From the NCBI GenBank assembly GCA_963666285.1, contig OY762711.1: a DNA stretch of 64,000 bases; one strand, written 5' to 3'. The stretch's first letter is position 1. Each line of letters begins with the position of its first letter. The translations under genes and the position numbers were made by a program. Below are positions 50,512 through 59,358 of the stretch, piece by piece. The notes under the pieces are model-generated. The model was not told the DNA's origin. It was given only the letters and a program-made list of their open reading frames with translations, and ran no database searches. The DNA is from Sedimentisphaerales bacterium. GTDB taxonomy: Bacteria > Planctomycetota > Phycisphaerae > Sedimentisphaerales > SM23-30.

Positions 50512-50970
50512 ATGAAATATTTTGTATTGCTTATGTTATCATTGACTTTGTTTTGTGGTTGTATTTTGGATTCAGACCGTTTATGCCAAGACAGTACAGA
50601 ACTAATATTACATAAAGGGCTTTCTGAAGAAGAAACAGAAAACATATTAAAAGATTTTGGTTTTCATGACATAGCCATGTCCTCTAGAATTATTGATAAC
50701 GACTTTACTTTTTCGTTTGTAGAAGGAGAAATAGACTATGCGGTTGATGGTAGTGAGACTGGCCTTGCGATTCCTAACACAAGTATACTCGAAAATAAAT
50801 ATTGCCATGAAGTAGATACTACCTTAATGGAAGAATTAAAACTATTTTCTACCCCTAACTTAATAAATAGTGATTGTGCTATATTGATTGAATATATGAT
50901 TGATGGCTCAGGAAATAAAATTCTTAACAGATACTCAATGATAAAACTCAGCAAACTAACTCCAAATTAA
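50512..50970 (+). CDS. Hypothetical lipoprotein (immunity-like)
   Basis: LTLFCGC lipobox; AT-rich. Confidence 0.6.
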   Translation: MKYFVLLMLSLTLFCGCILDSDRLCQDSTELILHKGLSEEETENILKDFGFHDIAMSSRIIDNDFTFSFVEGEIDYAVDGSETGLAIPNTSILENKYCHEVDTTLMEELKLFSTPNLINSDCAILIEYMIDGSGNKILNRYSMIKLSKLTPN

Positions 50971-50982
50971 AAACAGAGAACC

Positions 50983-51090
50983 CAGCTAGTTGAGAAGTGT
51001 AATAAAGATTACCCATACGCTTTTCTTGGAATGTGGTGGTTTGGTGATGGTTCTAATTGCCAAGATTGGGCAAGAGGATTTGCTGAATAA
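50983..51090 (+). pseudogene. Probable toxin C-terminal remnant
   Basis: Reads QLVEKCNKDYPYAFLGMWWFGDGSNCQDWARGFAE* and ends 26 bp before the next gene. Confidence 0.45.
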
Positions 51091-51116
51091 TTTTTTAATG
51101 TAAGGAATAGGTACTT

Positions 51117-51959
51117 ATGTATAAATGTTTGTTATTCTTCCAATTATTATTGATGTTAATAGGGTGTGGATGTGAAAAGGAATCAGATAGTTCATCTGCT
51201 GACGATGTTTCTGGGTTAAGATCACAAACTGATAGAGTTGAGATTTATAAATTATTAAAAGAGTTGAATCATCCTGGAAGGGTTCAAAGCTTGCTGAACA
51301 CGAAAGTTAAATTGAGTAATTACCCCATTTCTCTTGTGTTAGATATTGTATGCAATGACTCTGCTAAACTAAGCGAAGAGTGCCGCATTAAAGGGCTCTC
51401 ATATGTCTCGGATCGTAATTTTTTAATTTATCGTTTGGCTTTGCCAACACTATTAAATGATCCGTCCGAAGTTATCAGAAATTACTCACTTGCTTTTGTA
51501 AAAGAAGAAGATATCACAACAGATGAGATTCCTTTTATTGAGAATATGCTAGATGATAATAGTTTAAATGTAAGGATTCGTGCAGCTAAAATATTATATT
51601 TTCATTCTCCGGATAATTCTACTTTATTAGATAGTATTATTTCGAGTCTCTCTTTTGAGGTAAGGGTTACTGATAATGAGAGTTTCTATCGTCCTCCCTG
51701 GAAGGTAGCAAAAACATCATTACAGGATTTAAGAGAAAAAAATATAATTGATCCAAATTTATTTTTGTTAAAAGCGAAGAATTACAGAAACGAAGACTCA
51801 AAGATATTTTATCACTTGATCAGTTTGTATAAAGGTTGTCAGGGAGAATCAGGTTTATATGAGTTTGATATTAATTTTGATGATAAACACTTACTCGATA
51901 AACTTGATGAAATATATGAACAAAAGATAGCCGAATTAGGTTGTCCTCCTCAAAAATAG
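51117..51959 (+). CDS. HEAT-repeat-like lipoprotein
   Basis: Lipobox LIGC; LLNDPSEVIR and MLDDNSLNVRIRAA motifs. Confidence 0.65.
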   Translation: MYKCLLFFQLLLMLIGCGCEKESDSSSADDVSGLRSQTDRVEIYKLLKELNHPGRVQSLLNTKVKLSNYPISLVLDIVCNDSAKLSEECRIKGLSYVSDRNFLIYRLALPTLLNDPSEVIRNYSLAFVKEEDITTDEIPFIENMLDDNSLNVRIRAAKILYFHSPDNSTLLDSIISSLSFEVRVTDNESFYRPPWKVAKTSLQDLREKNIIDPNLFLLKAKNYRNEDSKIFYHLISLYKGCQGESGLYEFDINFDDKHLLDKLDEIYEQKIAELGCPPQK

Positions 51960-52076
51960 ATTTGAGATTAAATTTGGAATCTCTGTGTCTTACTCAAAAA
52001 CTCATCTGAGCATAAATAGCAGTATTTTCAGATAATTAGCGATGAGAACAAGTATAAATTTCGTCTGGATAAGACT

Positions 52077-52397
52077 ATGGATTTGGCATTTATAAGCTCT
52101 TTGAAAAGAAAATATAGCGATTTAGGCGTACCAGTGCTGTTGTCAAAAACAAAAATATTGTACGATGGAAGCTTTAACTTTAAGCAGCTTGTCTATGACA
52201 TGACTTTAGCAGTCCGCCAAGTCGTTCGATACAGAATATCTCGCCGGTGTTGCCTTTGTAGATTGGTTTGGGATTATACTGATACCTTGCTGGTTGAAAA
52301 TGAATATGATGCGCTTTGCAGACGAATTTTGGCGATTTTATATGACGAAAATGAAGATGTTGACAAAATTGTCCGGTACTATCATAATATCCCTTAG
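52077..52397 (+). CDS. Hypothetical protein or gene fragment
   Basis: 106-aa ORF followed by a hairpin; no motif recognised. Confidence 0.4.
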   Translation: MDLAFISSLKRKYSDLGVPVLLSKTKILYDGSFNFKQLVYDMTLAVRQVVRYRISRRCCLCRLVWDYTDTLLVENEYDALCRRILAILYDENEDVDKIVRYYHNIP

Positions 52398-52414
52398 CGG
52401 TTATGCCGCTAAGG
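52392..52414. terminator. Perfect 9-bp hairpin
   Basis: ccttagcgg-ttatg-ccgctaagg. Confidence 0.45.
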
Positions 52415-52533
52415 AAGTGAAAAACTAAAAATGAAAAGTGAAAAATTGCGGTGTTGCTATCGCAACCTAAGTTTTAATCGCCTGACGGTGAGGAAAACAG
52501 AACCACAGATGGACACGAGATGAACACTGATGA

Positions 52534-52797
52534 AGATATCGAAATGAGTTTGTTTATGGAAATGGAATTGATGAGCCTTTGGTTATGTATTGTTTTGTAG
52601 ATAATGACCCTAACAGCAGCGAGACTTACTACTATTGCTCTGATAATCTCGGCTCAGTTGTTGCTCTGGTTGATTCTTCTGGCGATGTAGTTGAGCGGTA
52701 TTGTTATGATGTTTGGGGTGAGTCGGTGATATATGATGGAAATGGTACTGAGATTGACCAAAGGAAAATAGATACCCCTACGAGAATAGTCCATTAA
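52534..52797 (+). pseudogene. Rhs repeat core fragment
   Basis: EFVYGNGIDEPLVM...YYYCSDNLGSVVALVDSSGDVVERYCYDVWG; truncated at both ends. Confidence 0.88.
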
Positions 52798-52880
52798 ATA
52801 GTGGTATAAAAGCATTAAATATTGCGTTTAGTGTAATGCAGGACTTGTATAGTTCTCAATGTAACTGATTTGGAGGCAAA

Positions 52881-54041
52881 ATGAATCGACTAATATTTCC
52901 TTTTTTGCTTATTATTATATTTTCGGGTTGCCATAGCCCAATGTCTAAATTTTCTTATACTATTTCCTCAGAGGAAAATTCGTTTATCAAAAGACTAAAT
53001 ACTTACGACTTTGATAAGTCAAAACTTAGTGATTTTGTTAAAATTGCTATCGACAACAACTGGTTGTTTTTGATGGAACAACTAATAAATGAAGATATTG
53101 CAAACAGCGAGATACGTATAGAGAAAAAGATAAACTTAAAAACTCATTATTTCAATATGTGGCCATTAGATTATGCTGTTTGTCAAAGAAGGTCAGAAAT
53201 TGTTAAATTACTATTGCGAGCAGGAGCTGACGTTGAAAAAGGTTTGGAACCTCCACTTTGTCAGGCTGTATTAAATGATGATCTTGAAATTGTAAAGATA
53301 CTTGTTGAATCTGGAGCTAAAGTTTATTATGAATCTGATTTTGCTCCGCTATGCACTGCCGTTGGAAATGGAAATATTGAAATAGTAAAATATTTATTAG
53401 AAAATGGTGCTAACCCAAATGAAACCTGGTATGAAAGAGTAACTGCATTACACGAATCGCAAAGTGTTGAAATGGCAAAATTATTAGTTGAATATGGAGC
53501 GGAGCTTAAGTCAGATGAATATGGAAATACGCCTTTACATGAAGCTGCTTTGGCTCATAATGAACCTTTGGTAATGTATTTTATATCAATTGGAGCTGAT
53601 ATGAATACCGTAACTGATTATGGAAAAGTTTCGCCATTATTTTTATTCTATTCATATTATTTAGCAGATAATTTTGGAGATTCATGGTATTATCGCGGTA
53701 ATCAGCAAGGCTATGTTTATAATATACATAAGGTTTTGTTAGAAAGAACATATAATGTTAATCATATTAATGACAAAGGCCAAACTTTACTTCATATTGC
53801 CTCATCTATCCATTGTGAATATGACTATATTTTTGTCCAAGATTTGATAAATAAGGGTGCAAATGTAAGTCTTCATGATAATAGCGGTAAAACTCCATCT
53901 CATTATGCTGCTGAAATTGGTAATATAAGAATACTTAATCAGCTTGTTAAAGCTGGAGCAGACTTGACAATAAAAGATAGTAACGGAAATTCGCCTTTAG
54001 ATGTTCTTAAAGAAAAATATTCCTTTTTGAAATTGAATTAG
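52881..54041 (+). CDS. Ankyrin-repeat lipoprotein
   Basis: IIFSGC lipobox; GNTPLHEAA, GQTLLHIA, GKTPSHYAA, LLENGANPN. Confidence 0.9.
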   Translation: MNRLIFPFLLIIIFSGCHSPMSKFSYTISSEENSFIKRLNTYDFDKSKLSDFVKIAIDNNWLFLMEQLINEDIANSEIRIEKKINLKTHYFNMWPLDYAVCQRRSEIVKLLLRAGADVEKGLEPPLCQAVLNDDLEIVKILVESGAKVYYESDFAPLCTAVGNGNIEIVKYLLENGANPNETWYERVTALHESQSVEMAKLLVEYGAELKSDEYGNTPLHEAALAHNEPLVMYFISIGADMNTVTDYGKVSPLFLFYSYYLADNFGDSWYYRGNQQGYVYNIHKVLLERTYNVNHINDKGQTLLHIASSIHCEYDYIFVQDLINKGANVSLHDNSGKTPSHYAAEIGNIRILNQLVKAGADLTIKDSNGNSPLDVLKEKYSFLKLN

Positions 54042-54214
54042 AAGTTACACAATATCGATAATAATTTTTCTCACTGAAATCATTTCACATAAACCCTTAT
54101 ATTTCAGTTTGTTAGAAGCCATACTTCCAACATCCTATAATAGGATTTATGTATCGTTGAGTATTATTAGGTGGTAGGCGGCGGAAATGGAGCGGGAATG
54201 CGGAAAGCGTTTCT

Positions 54215-54475
54215 GAAGTATAAAGTATAAAGGATAAAGGATAAGAAGAAGAAAAAAGCGAGAAGAGAGAAGTGAGAAGATGGGTGGTAAGCTTCGCTAA
54301 ATGAAAAATGAAAAGTTTAGGTGCCCTGATGTCGTTGACATCAGGAATAATTCGCTGCGCGACGTATTTTAAATCGCGCGGGTGGGCTAAGAGTTGAACC
54401 ACGAATCAACACCAATGAACACCAATAATATATAAGGTGACTCGCTACCGCTCGTGTTTTATTAATATAGGTACT
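54215..54475 (+). repeat. Family A modules (heptamer runs, palindrome cassette, 9-mer run)
   Basis: aagtata/aaggata runs; cctgatgtc-gtt-gacatcagg; accacgaatcaacaccaatgaacaccaat; taaggtgactcg. Confidence 0.75.
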
Positions 54476-54809
54476 TGGGAAGGAAATCCCGATGTGTCGG
54501 GAAAGCTGATTAATTGTTGCAGGTGGGGCGGGAAAATGCTTTACTACTGAAATAACTGAAGAGACGGAAAAAGGATATAGGATATATACGACGTATGTGA
54601 CATATCGGAAGGATGAAAGAAATGTGGTCGCTGCGTGAGGGCTGGTTTATTGACAGGCAGGGATGCCTATCCTACTATGTCCTTAACGATGTCGGTTTGG
54701 TTGGAAATTGCAATTGTGTTATCTGGTGAAATATTACATATTATTTTAATCGAAGAGACGAATAAATGGATGAAAATTAAGTATAAAAGATTAAAGAAAA
54801 CCTGGACAA

Positions 54810-55170
54810 ACACGAACAGAACACAATAAAAACACTATTGCTCGCAGAGGCCGCAAAGAATATTATTTCACCATGAAGGGAATGCTTAAAATTAAGAATT
54901 CAAAATTAAGAATTCAGAAAATAACTGACATTAAAAACCACGGCTACGGGTAAGTACAAATAACTATAAGGTGACTTGCTTCAGCCTTCGCTAAAGCTAT
55001 GGTTCGACAAGACCGCACGTGATTAATAATTCTGAACCACTGATGCACGCGGATGGACACCGATAAGAAAATGTTTAGATAACTTGACGGTAATTTTTTC
55101 ACGAAATTCACGAAAGAACACGAAAAAAAACGATGTTGCTCGCAGAGGGCGCAGAGGCCGCGAAGAAAAT
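54810..55170 (+). repeat. Composite repeat, copy 4
   Basis: Homologous to 14600-14705, 16145-16280 and the reverse complement of 8655-8835. Confidence 0.85.
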
Positions 55171-55306
55171 TACTTGTCACTGTGAAACATGGCATAATAA
55201 GTTTTGATATGTAAGGAAATAATTTGGGCTGGCAAGAAGAGGGCTGAGGGGGTAGAATTGGGTGAAATTCTATTAACTGGGATTGCACATATTGAAAGGT
55301 GTTATT

Positions 55307-56269
55307 ATGAAAAGAATCGTTTTGCTGATAATAGCGGCGCTGGCGTTGGCAGTATTGCCGTTTGGCAGGAGTATGGAAGAGAATGACAGCGGCAGCGGTT
55401 TGGTATGCAGCTGGGAGTGCGGCCGGGATTGTAACGGCGGCGGAGCGGTTGAGCAGGATTGCGCGGATACGACCGGGTGTATAAAGAAAGATGAGCGAAA
55501 ATACGATATTGAGATAATGACTCAACTAAGTAAAGATATCCTGGAGATGAAAGTAAGCGAGACGACGGAGGCGACCGGGGTTCTGTTATGCCAGCTTATA
55601 CGTAATAAGGCCAAAGTTGAGGGGATGGCGGGAGCAGCGGATAAGAGAAAGAGCCCGGCGGAGATATATACAGACTGTATCGATAGTGTGGTGGCGGTGG
55701 CATATGTCTATAAGTGTGATAAATGCGAAAACTGGCATGCTAACGCCGCAACCGGTTTTGTGGTCGGGCCGGACGGAGTGATCGTAACGAACTATCATGT
55801 GATCGGTGCGACTAACGCGTCAGCGTTCGGGGTGATGACACATGACCGTAAAGCCTACCCGGTTAAGGAGATACTGGCAGCGAGCCAAAAGGATGATATC
55901 GCAATATTGAAAATAGAAGCTGAGGGGCTGAAGCCGGCAGCGATTAATACTGTGCCGGAGATCGGCTCGGCAGTGTCGGTTATCAGCCATCCGGCGAATC
56001 ATTATTATACCATGACGACCGGGATAATAAGCCGGTATCTGAAAACCGAAGGAGATATCAGCAGGATAGAGATAACCGCGGATTATGCATATGGCTCGAG
56101 CGGCGGGCCGGTATTTGATGAGTGCGGTAATGTTGTCGGGATTGTAAGAACGACAAGCTCGATATATTACGGTAAAGATGAGAACGGTAATAAGAGTAAC
56201 CTGCAGATGGTGGTGAAGACCTGTGTGCCGGCGGAAAAGATATTGGAGATGGTGGAAATGGAAGAGTGA
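55307..56269 (+). CDS. Secreted trypsin-like (S1) serine protease without PDZ domain
   Basis: TNYHV, DIAIL and GSSGGP catalytic triad motifs; signal peptide; gaaagg RBS. Confidence 0.9.
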   Translation: MKRIVLLIIAALALAVLPFGRSMEENDSGSGLVCSWECGRDCNGGGAVEQDCADTTGCIKKDERKYDIEIMTQLSKDILEMKVSETTEATGVLLCQLIRNKAKVEGMAGAADKRKSPAEIYTDCIDSVVAVAYVYKCDKCENWHANAATGFVVGPDGVIVTNYHVIGATNASAFGVMTHDRKAYPVKEILAASQKDDIAILKIEAEGLKPAAINTVPEIGSAVSVISHPANHYYTMTTGIISRYLKTEGDISRIEITADYAYGSSGGPVFDECGNVVGIVRTTSSIYYGKDENGNKSNLQMVVKTCVPAEKILEMVEMEE

Positions 56270-56415
56270 GAAGGGAGAAGCGAGAAGGGAGAAGCGAGGA
56301 GGGAGAGGTAAGAGGGAAAAAGTAAGAGGTAAGAGGTAAGAGGGAAGAATTGAGGTACCAGAAAGCTGCATCCCTTCGATGAACTCAGGGCAAGCGGCAG
56401 ATCGTTTAAAATTTG
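56267..56415 (+). repeat. Heptamer run plus hairpin (family A)
   Basis: gagaagg/gagaagc/agaggta tandem units starting at the protease stop codon. Confidence 0.75.
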
Positions 56416-56457
56416 AGATTAATAGATCGTCTAAAAACATGTTATAATAATATCCTG

Positions 56458-56490
56458 ATCGGTCAGTTTGAGTAACTGAAACTGACCGAT
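56458..56490. terminator. 12-bp perfect inverted repeat between convergent genes
   Basis: atcggtcagttt-N9-aaactgaccgat. Confidence 0.55.
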
Positions 56491-56513
56491 GGCAGGTTTG
56501 GCAGACATAAGTG

Positions 56514-56711
56514 CTATTTTTCGTCGGAATCGCCGGCAAGCCATGCCAACCAGCCGTGGTCGGTATCGGTATCGACCCGTTCTAATTTTATTAAGTCCTC
56601 GCCATCCCACACACCGCCGCTGAGAAGAATAACAAGTTTTTCGATTTTAGTAGTGCCCGATCCAGTATCTTTTTCCCATTTATCAGCTCCGCCGGGATAA
56701 GGTTTTTTCAT
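56514..56711 (-). CDS. Small hypothetical protein (possibly truncated)
   Basis: aaggag RBS; follows the 56725 gene. Confidence 0.5.
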   Translation of the reverse strand: MKKPYPGGADKWEKDTGSGTTKIEKLVILLSGGVWDGEDLIKLERVDTDTDHGWLAWLAGDSDEK

Positions 56712-56724
56712 GACAGACTCCTTG

Positions 56725-57495
56725 TTATTGAAGTAGTTTTTGGCAATAATTTACAGCAGTTATGACTTTTTTATTGACTCTCAGGATAGTAGAAATCCTG
56801 GCGAGCCGTTCTGATTCGGAATTATAAATACCAATATAATCCTGTGCCGATTCTTTGTTGATTTTAATATAGTTCTCCAGGTCGATAATAGACAATTTCA
56901 GGTTAGCTAAATAGCTATAAAAGTTTCCACCGCTGTTTATCAGACGGGATTCCAGCTCACCTTCATTGAGAATATACCTGTTAAACTCGTTGAAAGGATA
57001 TTCGTTGATTTTCAGCATGGCAGCAAATTCGCTTTCCAGCTCAGCAAGTATTTTTTGGGCAACCTGGTCACCCTGCCTTAACCTGATTTTGAGAATATCC
57101 CTGATAAGATCAATATTGTCGACGGAGAACTGAGTAACATTGACGTCGGCAACGGAATTAAAGATATCCGGCAGTCTTCCACGACCATTCAACTCTGAAT
57201 AAGCATCTCCGGTAATGAATACCGAATCAATAACGAGTCCGTTTTCGCTATCATTACTCATATTGAAATAGTTTATCAGGGAGACAGCTTCCCAGCTGCC
57301 GTCATCTTTCTGTTGCGGCGGGATGACAGTTGCCATGTGGGTACTGGCTGAGAGCGAGCCGGATACCGGTTTTGACGGGTCAGGCCTGGTTTCAAAACTT
57401 AAAGCGAGCTTGCTGGACTCGTAGAAATAAATTGAATCGCAGCCGGCGAGAAAGTATGCCGTAACCATCAATAATAAGATATACAGTTTTTTCAT
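56725..57495 (-). CDS. Hypothetical lipoprotein
   Basis: FLAGC lipobox; 4-bp overlap with the upstream gene. Confidence 0.75.
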   Translation of the reverse strand: MKKLYILLLMVTAYFLAGCDSIYFYESSKLALSFETRPDPSKPVSGSLSASTHMATVIPPQQKDDGSWEAVSLINYFNMSNDSENGLVIDSVFITGDAYSELNGRGRLPDIFNSVADVNVTQFSVDNIDLIRDILKIRLRQGDQVAQKILAELESEFAAMLKINEYPFNEFNRYILNEGELESRLINSGGNFYSYLANLKLSIIDLENYIKINKESAQDYIGIYNSESERLARISTILRVNKKVITAVNYCQKLLQ

Positions 57496-57893
57496 TTTTT
57501 ATCCCCATTAACATCATTTACATTATCAAATATTTTTTCATTGATTTTCCTGATCTGCTCACCATTGGTGATAACAGATTTGGAAGCGTCGCCACTTGCG
57601 ATAAGGTGACAGAACCTGATCTTATCGATTCCCCTGGCACCGACATGGCAAAATGAAACAAGCGACATGGCATCGGCATCGGCAGAATTACTTTTGCGAG
57701 GAACGACAGTGAATACATCGCGTTCGAAGCCCACCATAAGTTTGCTGGTGCCGACCTCCTTTACCGGCTCCAGTACAATACCCAAATTAATATCCTGTAC
57801 ATATACAATCGGTTTGGGCTTACCGGAATTTGCGGTATTGCAGCCAACGAGGCAAACCAGGACCATAGAAACAGAAAGAAAACGTATTATCAT
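57492..57893 (-). CDS. Hypothetical lipoprotein
   Basis: CLVGC lipobox; aaggag RBS; 4-bp overlaps. Confidence 0.75.
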   Translation of the reverse strand: MIIRFLSVSMVLVCLVGCNTANSGKPKPIVYVQDINLGIVLEPVKEVGTSKLMVGFERDVFTVVPRKSNSADADAMSLVSFCHVGARGIDKIRFCHLIASGDASKSVITNGEQIRKINEKIFDNVNDVNGDKK

Positions 57894-58432
57894 TGCGAGT
57901 CTCCTTTTAATAAGAACATCTCAGGTTTAGAATCATTGTTAGTATTTATATATAAGACATTGTCTCGGTCAGACGGCAGCCTGATAACCGATGAACTGCT
58001 GCAGCCGATAGTAATACCCGGACGGTGGCCGGAGAGCCTGAGAGCAAGCCCAAAAGACTGATCCTGCAGAGCGACGGTATCGAGAGCAATCCAGTTAAAA
58101 GAATCTTCGGTCGGCAGCAAAACGTAATTGGAAGAGTCCAGATCCGGCATGTGCAATTTTTTAGTGTTACTTTGGGTACCTTCGAGATAGTAGAATCGTT
58201 CGGTAGAACCGAGGATAATGCCAAAGTCGTCTTTTTTGGTAATCAGGCATATGCCGGCACTGTTTAGTTTGACCGCGGAAGCGGTATTATCCTGATTGGT
58301 ATAAAACTGCAGTTTTGCCGGAGGGAACGAAACTATGCCGGTACTGCAGCCGTTACACAGAAATACAGCAATAGCCATTACAGCTATAAGAATTTTTTTA
58401 TTGGTAATCCATTTTAACATAGTATCAGTCAT
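57890..58432 (-). CDS. Hypothetical lipoprotein
   Basis: FLCNGC lipobox; start moved to the ATG at 58432 (or 58420). Confidence 0.65.
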   Translation of the reverse strand: MTDTMLKWITNKKILIAVMAIAVFLCNGCSTGIVSFPPAKLQFYTNQDNTASAVKLNSAGICLITKKDDFGIILGSTERFYYLEGTQSNTKKLHMPDLDSSNYVLLPTEDSFNWIALDTVALQDQSFGLALRLSGHRPGITIGCSSSSVIRLPSDRDNVLYINTNNDSKPEMFLLKGDSQ

Positions 58433-58865
58433 ATATCCTAGGTAAAACACACGCAATTGTCTTAGTAAAACAATTTTACTATTTTGGAAATATTCAAATA
58501 CTACCTCAACCAAATAGTAAAAAGTAGAGTTTTTGAAAAATACCAACGGATACTAAAAACACCTGAGTAATAAAAGTATTGTACCGCTTTGCGCAAGCAG
58601 GTGTCAATATAATAATATGTAAAAACCGGATTGGGGATATGCTGCATGAGTGAAGCATAATCGGGCCAAAGACTTACAGCCGGCAGTCAAAGAGATGTAT
58701 GGGTAATATTGCAGGTACTTCAGGATAGATGCCGGATAGACGTGGGTTGGGGCGAGATATAAAGGTTATTTTTTGATAAGTAGTGTCTTGACAACTGTTA
58801 AAAGTACGGATAATATGAAAGTAATTATAAAAATGACGGTTTAGGGATAAAGTATCATATCCCGC

Positions 58866-59123
58866 AGTGCGGTTTATGCTTCGCATCATATACATGACGC
58901 ACATTTGACTGTTCAGCATTTCACGCAAAGGCCGGAACAGGGCCAATTAAGTGAAAAATGAAAAATGAAAAATTAAGGTGTCCCGATGTACGTTGACATC
59001 AGGAATAATTCGCTTTCGTCTCACATTTTGTTTAAATTCAAAGCGTTGCAGGAAGGCCCTTTTAGGCGATTTACCAAAGGCACTTCGTTATTGCAACTTG
59101 AAAACTGCGAAAGTAAACCCGCG
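58866..59123 (+). repeat. MITE-like family B, copy 2, carrying a nested family A module
   Basis: Family B ends; internal gaaaaat repeats + aggtgt + palindrome at about 58950-59035. Confidence 0.85.
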
Positions 59124-59358
59124 AATGTTCAGAAAAAGAGGTATCTGGTAAATATCATTTCGGAATATTCTTTATAATTTTTTTCATGGATGAACGTTTC
59201 ATACACATTGTGAATGATTTTGTCCGATCGGTCGAAAGGTAAGTAAAGATTAATATAATCATTTATACCAAGCTCGAACGGGCATTTTCAACTGTTATGG
59301 GTATATATATTTGCATATATCATTTATTAAAAAACGCTTACATAAAGGGGATTACAAA

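Noticed and set aside
54112..55525. ORFs 54112-54402, 54635-54829 and 54944-55525
   Set aside because: They translate repeat modules or the antisense of the protease gene; low-complexity products.
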